The notes beneath the pieces are model-generated. The model searched no databases. It worked only from the letters and a program-made list of their open reading frames with translations, and had not been told where the DNA came from. The translations under genes were made by a program, and so were the position numbers. This document shows positions 9,535 through 18,144 of a stretch of DNA of 37,065 bases, piece after piece. The first letter of the stretch is position 1. Each line of letters begins with the position of its first letter. The DNA is from Flavobacteriales bacterium (lineage in GTDB: Bacteria; Bacteroidota; Bacteroidia; Flavobacteriales_D; Sanyastnellaceae), in assembly GCA_029245065.1 (NCBI GenBank), contig JAQWQB010000051.1, positions 1 through 37,065 on the forward strand, written 5' to 3'.

Positions 9535-10137
9535 ATGAAAGAAGTTATTGCATCGATCATCTTGGGCCTGTGCAGCTTTTTAGGAACTGCACAACACCCT
9601 ATTCTTACGCAGTTTTCAGCGCAACAGATTGGAGGGGTTGTACGTATTGATTTTGGAATAAAAGGTGGTGCAAGCTGTGTGGGCGTTACGTTAGAGCGAA
9701 GAACAGAAGGAGAAGACTTTACAGAAGTAGGTTACATCTCTGGAATCTGCGGAGGAACATCCCAAACCGAATGGTATGCCATCGATGACGTTAATCCCGT
9801 TTCGAATACCACCAATTTTTACAGACTAAGATTAGGGCAGGAAGGCAATTCAGATGAACTTGCTTTTGATTTTGTCTATTTGGGATCAGATTTATTGCTA
9901 TTCCCAAACCCTGTTCAGGACCAATTGTCTTTGAGGTGGGTCAATGTCTCTTCCACACTCCGAATTATTCGTATTTACGCTTCGGACGGCAGACTTATTT
10001 CGCCAGATTATACCAGCAACGGGTACAGTGCACTTCTAGACTTGTCCTTTCTTGACGATGGGTTGTACCACCTCGTTTTGCAGGACGAAAAAGGACAAGT
10101 GTTGTCAACAAAATCGTTCCTTAAACAGACGAACTAG
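9535..10137 (+). CDS. Small secreted protein with a T9SS type-A C-terminal domain
   Basis: Signal peptide MKEVIASIILGLCSFLGTAQ. C-terminus LLLFPNPVQDQLSLRW...DGLYHLVLQDEKGQVLSTKSFLKQ. Confidence 0.6.
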   Translation: MKEVIASIILGLCSFLGTAQHPILTQFSAQQIGGVVRIDFGIKGGASCVGVTLERRTEGEDFTEVGYISGICGGTSQTEWYAIDDVNPVSNTTNFYRLRLGQEGNSDELAFDFVYLGSDLLLFPNPVQDQLSLRWVNVSSTLRIIRIYASDGRLISPDYTSNGYSALLDLSFLDDGLYHLVLQDEKGQVLSTKSFLKQTN

Positions 10138-10450
10138 CCTGTTCGTTTTGATGAATCTTTTTCAGAATCTTATGGTCCACTATGAACGTCCCAAAAGGGA
10201 TGATGCTTGACAAGAGCACCCAAAAGGTACGTCCCAATTTCCACTTGTAGTGCATTGCTGCCAACGCCGTCAAAACAATAAATAGGAGAAAAAGAAGACC
10301 GTGGGCTTGGCCTAAGATCATGTTTGTTTCTCCAGATTCATAGAAGTACTTAAGCGGCATACCAATGAAGAGAATGCCGAGGTAAGAGCATCCTTCCAGA
10401 AATGCTACAACTCTCAGTCTACCAATAACAGAAGTGAAGTATTTGCTCAT
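10121..10450 (-). CDS. DUF3817 family membrane protein
   Basis: RLRVVAFLEGCSYLGILFIGMPLKY...GQAHGLLFLLFIV matches the DUF3817 pattern. Three TM helices are predicted. Confidence 0.7.
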   Translation of the reverse strand: MSKYFTSVIGRLRVVAFLEGCSYLGILFIGMPLKYFYESGETNMILGQAHGLLFLLFIVLTALAAMHYKWKLGRTFWVLLSSIIPFGTFIVDHKILKKIHQNEQASSSV

Positions 10451-10597
10451 GCGGCGTTGTTTTGTGCAAAGGTAGTTCTGAATCGAATTCCAGTGTCACG
10501 CTAGTGTGAAAATACGTCTTCAAGACTAGCACTTCTTCACACCTCAAGTAATAAGTAGCAATTTGATGAATCGTTCTTGAAGAATCTGTCTGAAAGC

Positions 10598-10625
10598 AAA
10601 AGAGGCGCCTTTCAGCGCCTCTTTT
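10598..10625 (-). terminator. Rho-independent, bidirectional-type terminator after the flotillin gene
   Basis: Perfect inverted repeat AAAAGAGGCGC / GCGCCTCTTTT with a 6-nt loop (CTTTCA). A-tract on one side and T-tract on the other. It lies 5 nt past the flotillin stop on the minus strand. Confidence 0.75.
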
Positions 10626-10629
10626 CGTA

Positions 10630-12057
10630 TTATTTATCTTCAGTTGATTCTTCGGACGAAGCGTCGTTGGGACTTTCGTCGCTGGCCAGATCATTTCCTT
10701 TGAGATAGTTCGGAAGCTGCATACCAGCCATATTGAACATATCTTGAAGAGGAGGGACTGACCCGTACAAGCCTGAGATGAAATTCGACGTAGATGATTT
10801 ACCATCTTTTCCACCGCCGTTTTCCCAAACAGTGACCTTGTCGATTTTAATGTTCTTGATGGCTTCAGCTTGAGTAGCAACCAATTCTGGTAGTTTATCA
10901 GCTACAAGAAGAAGTACCGCGTCTTTTGGATCATTTCCAGCTGCTTTCACAATACGGTCAAGACCTTCTGCCTGCTTGGTAAGGATTTCGAAAAGTCCTT
11001 TCGCCTCTGCCTCTTTCTTGAGAAAGATGGCATCTGCTTCCCCTTTCGCAATTCTTCTCGTTCTTTCTGCTTCCGCTTCTGCGTCAATTTCCACACGTCG
11101 CTTAGAAACCTCTGCCGGTACAATGATATCAGCACCCTGCTCAGCCTCTTTACGCTTGGCACGGGCTTGTTCCGCTGCTGTTTCCGCAGCATATGCTTCC
11201 TCGAGTGCCATGGCCGTTTGAACTTTCTCAGAAGCCGTTGCAATTTTTTCTGCCTCGGCCTCACGTGCTCTACGATCTGCATCAGAATTGGCGATGGATA
11301 CCTTCGCGGTGTTTTCACCTTCCACAGCTCGTGCATTGGCAGCAGCAACTTGGACACGTTGATCCTGTACAGCCTTCGCCTGACCAATTGCTCCATCACG
11401 GTCTTTCTGAGATACAGAAATGATGGCGTCGTTAATGGCCTTTGCGGCAGCTTCCTTACCAAGAGCTTGGATGTAACCAGACTCATCGTGGATGTCTGTA
11501 ATGTTTACGTTGATGAGCTTCAAACCAACTTTCTTGAGCTCTGCCTCCACACTATGTGTAATGTGCGAGAGGAACTTGTCTCTGTCTGTATTGATTTCCT
11601 CAATATCCATTGAAGCCACTACAAGACGAAGCTGACCGAAGATGATCTCCTGAGCCAATTCCTTCACATCGTCAGCAGACAATCCAAGAAGACGTTCAGC
11701 AGCATTCTGCATTACGCTTGGCTCAGTTGAAATACCGATGGTGAAACGAGAGGGAACATTCACACGAATGTTCTGCTTACTCAAGGCATTGATCAAGTTT
11801 ACCTCAATAGAAATAGGTGTTAAATCTAGGAAGGCATAATCTTGAATGATAGGCCAAATGAATGCGGCACCACCATGCACGCATTTTGCAGATTCTTGTC
11901 CGCCCGTTTTACCGTAAACGACTAAGATTTTATCTGAAGGGCAACGCTTGTAACGCTTGGCCAATGCATAGATGAAGATAACAAAGGTGAGAACAGCAAA
12001 AGCGACTATCATTAAGGGAGAGATCCCTGAAATCAGTGATTGAGTGAGTATATTCAT
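10630..12057 (-). CDS. Flotillin / SPFH (band 7) domain protein, YqiK-like
   Basis: N-terminal TM helix, then an SPFH domain (KILVVYGKTGG...RFTIGISTEP), then a long Ala/Glu-rich coiled coil (EAEAEKIATASEK...AEAEAERTRRIAKGEADAI) and a polyacidic tail. Confidence 0.85.
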   Translation of the reverse strand: MNILTQSLISGISPLMIVAFAVLTFVIFIYALAKRYKRCPSDKILVVYGKTGGQESAKCVHGGAAFIWPIIQDYAFLDLTPISIEVNLINALSKQNIRVNVPSRFTIGISTEPSVMQNAAERLLGLSADDVKELAQEIIFGQLRLVVASMDIEEINTDRDKFLSHITHSVEAELKKVGLKLINVNITDIHDESGYIQALGKEAAAKAINDAIISVSQKDRDGAIGQAKAVQDQRVQVAAANARAVEGENTAKVSIANSDADRRAREAEAEKIATASEKVQTAMALEEAYAAETAAEQARAKRKEAEQGADIIVPAEVSKRRVEIDAEAEAERTRRIAKGEADAIFLKKEAEAKGLFEILTKQAEGLDRIVKAAGNDPKDAVLLLVADKLPELVATQAEAIKNIKIDKVTVWENGGGKDGKSSTSNFISGLYGSVPPLQDMFNMAGMQLPNYLKGNDLASDESPNDASSEESTEDK

Positions 12058-12074
12058 AGTTAGCTATTTACGGA

Positions 12075-12650
12075 TTAAACTTTTTCGACTAATAATAATT
12101 CAGCGCTTACGATGTCTACAACTTTGACGATGGTAGTTGTCGAAAGTGTTTCAGAGGAATCTGTAATGGCCTCTAGCTCACGCAAGCTTCCTTGTACTTT
12201 AATTTGAACTTTTCCAATGTTCGATCTTTTAGCTCCAATAGGGAGATATACTTCCCCAATGGCACCAATGGCGTTTTTCATTTTCAAGGTGCCTGATTGA
12301 GCCAACTTGCTCATCCAATAGAAGAGGAGCGAAGTTAGCGCCATCATGATCAAACCAGCAATGGTGGAAATGATGATGGTCAATCCGTTGCTAAAACCAT
12401 TTTCAAGGCAAGAGATTCCAGTCCATCCAAAAATGGTGAAGAATGCTACAAGGTTCTTAAAGGTGAAGAATTGAAATCCAACGCCACCATCGTCAGCGTC
12501 GAAGTCTGTCCCATCAGCTTCCATGTCGCCGTCCATATCACCACCCATGAGGGTCATGATCAAGATTACTACCAATAGGGCAGATCCAATAAGAGCGGTA
12601 GTCCAATAAACTTTGCCAATGACACTGAGGCCTTCAAAGAATTCTAACAT
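12075..12650 (-). CDS. NfeD-like membrane protein (short YqiJ-type, no protease domain)
   Basis: TM helices followed by a C-terminal OB-fold-like region (GEVYLPIGAKRSNIGKVQIKVQGSLRELEAI). It lies immediately upstream of flotillin in the same orientation, the classical nfeD-flotillin pair. Confidence 0.7.
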   Translation of the reverse strand: MLEFFEGLSVIGKVYWTTALIGSALLVVILIMTLMGGDMDGDMEADGTDFDADDGGVGFQFFTFKNLVAFFTIFGWTGISCLENGFSNGLTIIISTIAGLIMMALTSLLFYWMSKLAQSGTLKMKNAIGAIGEVYLPIGAKRSNIGKVQIKVQGSLRELEAITDSSETLSTTTIVKVVDIVSAELLLVEKV

Positions 12651-12783
12651 CGAAATTTATTTAGGTAAATGGGCCGTTGTAAGCCCGAGCATTCATTTCC
12701 CTAAACTACGACTGAAATCGCACATTTTCAACGGAAATCGAACCTTTGTGTTAAGTGGTTAATCTTGAGCTCCCATTGGGAAT

Positions 12784-13332
12784 TCAGGCATATTTACCGG
12801 AACTGTTCAACCCGAGTTTCATGTGAACTAAATGGTGATTGCAGTGCCAAGCGTATACCCCAATGTTCTCTTCAACACTGAATTCTTTGCTGTGTTCAGG
12901 ATGTAAAAAGACCTTTTTGAGATCGTGTTCGGTGAGGCTTCTTAATAAAGTAGTCCATCTAGCGTGAAGGCCTTCCAGAATGAGCATAGAAGCGTCGATC
13001 TTCATCCCTTCAACATCAGGAAGCATGGCCCACTCTGCTTCATTATAGGGTTTGATGATGGGTTTGTCTTCCGTTAGTGAAAGTTTGAATCGTATAAAAC
13101 TATTCATGTGACTATCCGCACAATGATGAACCAACTGATTTGTATTCCATCCGTCTGGCCGATAAGGCCAACTCAACATTTCGTCATTTGCACTCCCAAG
13201 AAGCTTCCTAACCAAGGAGGGAAAGTCTTCAATTGCCTGAACCCAATCTGAAAGATGAATTGCTGTAATTGCTGGTGGCTTATTGAACGCCCCAATCGGA
13301 AAACGAAGCTGTGCTAATGCGTCTGGGCTCAT
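12784..13332 (-). CDS. DinB_2 / YfiT-like putative metal-dependent hydrolase (bacillithiol-S-transferase family)
   Basis: Conserved His ligands in a DinB_2-like arrangement (LVHHCADSHMN ... YAWHCNHHLVH). Length 182 aa, as for B. subtilis YfiT. Confidence 0.75.
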   Translation of the reverse strand: MSPDALAQLRFPIGAFNKPPAITAIHLSDWVQAIEDFPSLVRKLLGSANDEMLSWPYRPDGWNTNQLVHHCADSHMNSFIRFKLSLTEDKPIIKPYNEAEWAMLPDVEGMKIDASMLILEGLHARWTTLLRSLTEHDLKKVFLHPEHSKEFSVEENIGVYAWHCNHHLVHMKLGLNSSGKYA

Positions 13333-13370
13333 ATGTTATTCGTTATACCAACTTGAAACAGGACAGTTGC

Positions 13371-14108
13371 TCAATCGATTGTCTTTTTAGAACTTGAAAC
13401 AAGCGTCTGAATTTCAGCCATTTCATCTTCTGTGAGGTAACGCCATTCGCCAACAGGCACATCCAACGAGATATTCATAATTCGAACGCGTTTAAGCTTA
13501 GTCACTTTGTAATCCAAGTATTCGCACATTCTACGGATTTGCCTATTCAGCCCTTGCGTCAATACTATTTTGAACACATTGCGATCAATGGGTTCTACCA
13601 AACACTTGCGCGTAACTGTATCTAGAATGGGTACTCCATTGCCCATCTCCTCAATGAATTGACGGGTAATTGGTTTGTTCACGGTAACGATGTATTCCTT
13701 TTCGTGGTTGTTCCGTGCACGCAAAATCTTGTTCACGATGTCTCCATCATTCGTCAAGAAAATCAACCCTTCACTTGGTTTGTCCAATCGGCCGATTGGA
13801 AAAATACGGGTAGGGTAACCTATGTAATCAATGATGTTGTCTTTCTCAACGCGTCTGTCTGTGGTGCAAACAATACCTATGGGCTTATTAAACGCCATGT
13901 AGATAGGAGCGTCGTCAGAAGCCGTTATAGACTTTCCGTCCACTTTTACTTCGTCTCCAGGTTGAATGCGCGTTCCCATTTCGGGTACCACATCATTTAT
14001 CGTAACACGACCTTGTTCAATTAATTTATCGGCAGCCCTGCGAGAGCAGTAGCCCGCTTCACTTAAAAATTTGTTGATGCGTGTTCCTTGGGGTGATTCC
14101 ATGTGCAA
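13371..14108 (-). CDS. rluF: RsuA/RluF-family pseudouridine synthase, probably 23S rRNA Psi2604 synthase
   Basis: N-terminal S4 domain (RINKFLSEAGYCSRRAADKLIEQGRVTIN) and catalytic GRLDKPSEGLIFLTNDG motif. Confidence 0.85.
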   Translation of the reverse strand: MHMESPQGTRINKFLSEAGYCSRRAADKLIEQGRVTINDVVPEMGTRIQPGDEVKVDGKSITASDDAPIYMAFNKPIGIVCTTDRRVEKDNIIDYIGYPTRIFPIGRLDKPSEGLIFLTNDGDIVNKILRARNNHEKEYIVTVNKPITRQFIEEMGNGVPILDTVTRKCLVEPIDRNVFKIVLTQGLNRQIRRMCEYLDYKVTKLKRVRIMNISLDVPVGEWRYLTEDEMAEIQTLVSSSKKTID

Positions 14109-14178
14109 GTTTGAGCTACAAAATTAGCTAATTGAGTAATGAGACAACCAAGATAAGGGCAGGAATTCTAAACAGTTT

Positions 14179-14805
14179 CTACTGCTTTTTGAAAGACCCG
14201 TTTTTCCAGGCCTGTATAAACTGAGCCCATGCAATTGGGTTCAACAAAGAGATGGTAGGCATTTGTCCAGCATAAGATATCTGTCTAGATTGTTGCTGAA
14301 CAGCGTAGCGGTAGTTTTCAGAGGCACTCATGCCTGATTCTTGCATGCGCTCATACAAGAGGGCCGCTTCCAAATTCTTCTCTGCTAACTCGTCTTTGCT
14401 TTGCGCTAAGTCCAAGGCCAAAAACTCTTGTCTAAAGCGTTCTTTGGTAGGATAAGGGTAAACGAAAGTGGTTGAAACCTGAATGGTGTCTCTTCCTAGA
14501 ATCTGTACAATGTTGTATCGATCGTCTGGCAGGCTATCCGGAATAACGTAGTCCGACTTCATGTAGCCAATGCAGGAAAAACGAATGGTATCTCCAACAA
14601 ATGTGGGAATAGAGAAAAATCCGTAGCTATCGGTAATGGTTCCCCGTTGGTCTCGTTCACGGTAAACCGTAGTGAATGGAACAGGGTTTAGGGAATCGCC
14701 AGTTACTACAACGCCACTGAACTGGACAACCTTCTGAAGGCTGTCTTGCTGGCCAAGTACTGATAGTGAAGTCGCAAGTGCGACCAAAAGCAACAAATTC
14801 CTCAT
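14179..14805 (-). CDS. Secreted protein with a carboxypeptidase-regulatory-like domain, hypothetical
   Basis: Signal peptide MRNLLLLVALATSLSVLGQQ. FSGVVVTGDSLNPVPFTTVY...DSYGFFSI is the CarboxypepD_reg beta-sandwich pattern. Confidence 0.55.
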   Translation of the reverse strand: MRNLLLLVALATSLSVLGQQDSLQKVVQFSGVVVTGDSLNPVPFTTVYRERDQRGTITDSYGFFSIPTFVGDTIRFSCIGYMKSDYVIPDSLPDDRYNIVQILGRDTIQVSTTFVYPYPTKERFRQEFLALDLAQSKDELAEKNLEAALLYERMQESGMSASENYRYAVQQQSRQISYAGQMPTISLLNPIAWAQFIQAWKNGSFKKQ

Positions 14806-14891
14806 TAAGACAAATGTAACGAATGACTCAATGCTATGACGTTTAATACCCGGAAAAGATTACTGGTGAACTTGTTAACGAATTACAAATC

Positions 14892-16493
14892 TTACGCTTC
14901 AGCCGTCTTGAACTCACTGGTGAAGTGAAATTCAATCTCTGGGAAGTTGTTTCTTTCCATGTCTAACAAAAACTGAGAAGGGGCCAGGTATACATCGTTG
15001 TTGTCCTTGTCTTGAACGATCTCCAGCGATTTGATGCGCTTGAATTCGTCGAGTTTCTCTTCATTGTCAGATGTAATCCAGCACGCTTTGAAATAGTTCT
15101 TTGGTACGAATTCGCACTTCGCCCCATATTCATGTTCCAGTCGGTATTGAATTACTTCAAATTGAAGCTCTCCAACGGTACCAACGATTTTCCGTGAGCC
15201 TATTTCTCGAATAAAGAGCTGAGCAACTCCTTCATCTGTCAACTGCTGAATTCCTTTTTCAAGCTGTTTGCTCTTCATCGGATCTTTATTGATCAATTCC
15301 TTGAAGATCTCGGGAGAGAAGCTTGGAATGCCTTGAAACTGCATTTGTTCGCCTTCGGTCAGGGTGTCACCAATTTTGAAGGTTCCTGTGTCATAAAGTC
15401 CCACTACATCACCCGGGAACGCTTCATCAACAACATTCTTTGCTCGCGCCATGAAGGTAGCCGGATTGGCAAATTTCACTTTCTTTTGAAGCCTCACGTG
15501 GTTGAAGAACTTATTTCGTTCGAACGTACCACTGCAAACGCGAAGGAAGGCAATTCGATCGCGGTGTTTCGGATCGATGTTCGCGTGAATCTTGAATATG
15601 AATCCAGTAAATTTCTCTTCGGTAGGTTCCACCACCCGAACGTTGGTAGATCTCCCTTGTGGAAATGGAGCCAATTGAACGAAGGTATCAAGCAATTCGC
15701 GCACTCCGAAGTTGTTCATGGCACTTCCAAAAAACACAGGGGCAAGGTTTCCGCTGAGGTATTCATTGTTATCAAGCGGTTCGTAAACCCCTTCAATGAG
15801 TTCAACATCTTCGCGAAGCTGATCTGCATCTTCTCCTACTAATTCATCAAGTTGCGGATCGTTCAAATCCGTTATTTTAATGTCGTTATCAGCAATTTTC
15901 GTCTTGTTGGCATCAAACAAATTGAGACTCTTCTCAAACAAATTATAAACTCCTTTGAACGAATACCCTTTGCTAATAGGCCAAGAGAACGGACGAACAT
16001 TGATACTCAGTTTTTCTTCTAACTCGTCAAGAATATCAAAGGGATCACGGCCCTCCAAGTCCATTTTGTTCACGAAAATGATCACCGGCGTATCGCGCAT
16101 TCGACAAACCTCCATGAGGCGTTCAGTCTGGGCTTCCACACCTTTCACACTATCCACCACGAGAATTACGCTGTCAACCGCAGTTAACGTTCGGTACGTA
16201 TCTTCAGCAAAATCACGGTGACCCGGCGTATCAAGTAGGTTGATGAGCATATTTTTGTACTCAAACCCCATTACAGAGGTGGCAACAGAGATACCTCTTT
16301 GACGCTCAATGTCCATGAAGTCAGAAGCAGCCGTCTTGGTAATCTTGTTACTCTTCACGGCACCCGCTGTTTGAATGGCCCCTCCAAAAAGAAGGAACTT
16401 CTCTGTCAAGGTCGTTTTCCCTGCATCCGGGTGGGAAATGATGGCAAAGGTTTTTCTACGGGTGATTTCTTCTTTTAACGACATGGTGCTCAT
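14892..16493 (-). CDS. prfC: Peptide chain release factor 3 (GTPase)
   Basis: [36 protein letters not shown] is near-identical to E. coli RF3. Length 533 aa. Confidence 0.95.
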   Translation of the reverse strand: MSTMSLKEEITRRKTFAIISHPDAGKTTLTEKFLLFGGAIQTAGAVKSNKITKTAASDFMDIERQRGISVATSVMGFEYKNMLINLLDTPGHRDFAEDTYRTLTAVDSVILVVDSVKGVEAQTERLMEVCRMRDTPVIIFVNKMDLEGRDPFDILDELEEKLSINVRPFSWPISKGYSFKGVYNLFEKSLNLFDANKTKIADNDIKITDLNDPQLDELVGEDADQLREDVELIEGVYEPLDNNEYLSGNLAPVFFGSAMNNFGVRELLDTFVQLAPFPQGRSTNVRVVEPTEEKFTGFIFKIHANIDPKHRDRIAFLRVCSGTFERNKFFNHVRLQKKVKFANPATFMARAKNVVDEAFPGDVVGLYDTGTFKIGDTLTEGEQMQFQGIPSFSPEIFKELINKDPMKSKQLEKGIQQLTDEGVAQLFIREIGSRKIVGTVGELQFEVIQYRLEHEYGAKCEFVPKNYFKACWITSDNEEKLDEFKRIKSLEIVQDKDNNDVYLAPSQFLLDMERNNFPEIEFHFTSEFKTAEA

Positions 16494-16587
16494 TTAAGGC
16501 CACGAAATTACGATTTACAACGCCACGATTGAAAAACCACTATGATTGATTTCGTATCTTTCTGAAAATCAACTAACCGTCGGAAAA

Positions 16588-18144
16588 ATGAGACCATTCC
16601 ACTTCAACAAAACAATGCGCTACTCACTCTTAATTATCTGTTTGTCAGTGCTTAGCATCTTGTCAGGAACTGCCCAGAGCATAACGCCTGTCACCATAGA
16701 GTTGGACCTGTTCGCTAGTGGATTTAGTGATCCGGTGGGCCTTTACAATGCTGGGGACGACCGAATGTTTGTGGTAGAACAAGATGCCGGACACATTGAA
16801 ATATTGAATTCAGACGGTTCGGCAGGTGGACAGTTTTTGAATGTTTCAAGCTTTATTTCCAATGGATCGGAAAGAGGATTGCTCGGATTAGCGTTTCACC
16901 CAGACTACCAGAACAATGGGTTGTTTTACATCAATTACACCAATGGATCAGGAGATACAGTGGTAGCAGAGTACGAGGTTTCAGGAGACCCAGATGTAGC
17001 GGACGCTTCAAGTGCAGCGATTATTATCACCATTGACCAACCAGCTGGAAACCACAATGGAGGGCATATCGCTTTCGGAAATGACGGGTATTTGTACATT
17101 GGTCTTGGTGACGGTGGAGGTCAAGGTGACCCAAACAATCTCTCTCAAAACGGTCAAGAATTGCTGGGGAAAATGCTTCGAATAGATATTGACGGTGGCT
17201 CGCCATACGCTATCCCTGCTGATAACCCATTTGTAGGAGATCCAACAGTGCTAGATGAGATTTGGTCCATTGGACTTCGTAATCCTTGGAAATACAGCTT
17301 TGATGCGGTTACAGGAGATCTATGGATTGGAGATGTGGGGCAGAACGCTTGGGAAGAAGTGAATTTCCAATCAGGATCGAACACTGGAGGAGATAACTAC
17401 GGTTGGAGATGTTACGAGGGAGACGATACCTACAATACAAATCAATGCGGACCAATTGGTGATTACGTGCTTCCTGTTTCGCAGATCTCTCATTCAAATC
17501 CAGATAGCTGGTGTTCAATCACAGGTGGTTTGGTGTACCGAGGAACCGAATTTCCCGCTATGGTTGGGACGTATTTCTTCACCGATTACTGCGCAGGCGA
17601 TTTCAAAGCACTCGTCCCAAATGGCGGCGGCTTCGATGAGATAGACGTTTTACCCGGACAAGGTTTCGGTTACGTGGCCTTCGGCGAAAACAACAACGGA
17701 GATCTATTTGCTGTTAACCTCAATGGGAACATCATGAAAATCAATGATTCTTGTGGAGATTTTTCACCTGTTCTATCCGTTACAGGACAATCACTGACCA
17801 CAGGTGTTTTTACCGATACGTTCTGGTATTTAGACGGACAAGAAATTGATGGGGCAGCGGGGAACACCTACCTACCAACAACAAGTGGGTCGTATTCGCT
17901 CTTGGCTGAGAATGCTGAAGGATGCGTCAGAAGCTCCAATTCAATTGATTGGACGGTACTTGGGGGCGTTTTAGGTTGTACGTATGAAGAAGCATCAAAC
18001 TTTCAAGATGATGCTACGTTGGACGACGGGTCTTGTCTATTCGGGTTCGAAACCGTGTGTCCCGAAGATATCGATAACGACGGCGTTGTGGGAACTGGAG
18101 ATCTTCTCCTTATGCTTGGGGCGTTTGGTTCTTTTTGTCAGTAA
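16588..18144 (+). CDS. PQQ-dependent sugar (glucose/sorbosone) dehydrogenase beta-propeller protein with a C-terminal extension
   Basis: A signal peptide is present; the start could be 16546, 16588 or 16615. GLLGLAFHPDYQNNGLFYINYT, GNHNGGHIAFGNDGYLYIGLGDGG and PADNPFVGD are sGDH/HHIP-like motifs. A C-terminal extension of about 130 aa carries cysteines and a dockerin/EF-hand-like loop, DIDNDGVVGTGDLLLMLG. Confidence 0.8.
   Translation: MRPFHFNKTMRYSLLIICLSVLSILSGTAQSITPVTIELDLFASGFSDPVGLYNAGDDRMFVVEQDAGHIEILNSDGSAGGQFLNVSSFISNGSERGLLGLAFHPDYQNNGLFYINYTNGSGDTVVAEYEVSGDPDVADASSAAIIITIDQPAGNHNGGHIAFGNDGYLYIGLGDGGGQGDPNNLSQNGQELLGKMLRIDIDGGSPYAIPADNPFVGDPTVLDEIWSIGLRNPWKYSFDAVTGDLWIGDVGQNAWEEVNFQSGSNTGGDNYGWRCYEGDDTYNTNQCGPIGDYVLPVSQISHSNPDSWCSITGGLVYRGTEFPAMVGTYFFTDYCAGDFKALVPNGGGFDEIDVLPGQGFGYVAFGENNNGDLFAVNLNGNIMKINDSCGDFSPVLSVTGQSLTTGVFTDTFWYLDGQEIDGAAGNTYLPTTSGSYSLLAENAEGCVRSSNSIDWTVLGGVLGCTYEEASNFQDDATLDDGSCLFGFETVCPEDIDNDGVVGTGDLLLMLGAFGSFCQ

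Noticed and set aside
10419-11613. Several 60-180-aa ORFs (10419..10880, 10947..11486, 10976..11221, 11167..11613, 11193..11423) overlapping the flotillin gene
   Set aside because: They lie in alternative frames of the Ala/Glu-rich, GC-skewed coiled-coil coding region. Their translations are low-complexity (Arg/Leu/Ser-rich), which is typical of shadow ORFs.
12671-12686. GGGC-N8-GCCC hairpin and duplicated GAAATCG in the yfiT-nfeD intergenic region
   Set aside because: A 4-bp stem without a proper T-tract. It is about 100 nt from the upstream stop and 20 nt from the nfeD start. Insufficient for a terminator or riboswitch call.
15333-15842. 169-aa plus-strand ORF antisense to prfC, and similar antisense ORFs in lpxB, purC/phoH (29652..30128) and gldG
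   Set aside because: All lie opposite high-confidence conserved genes and show low-complexity or atypical composition.
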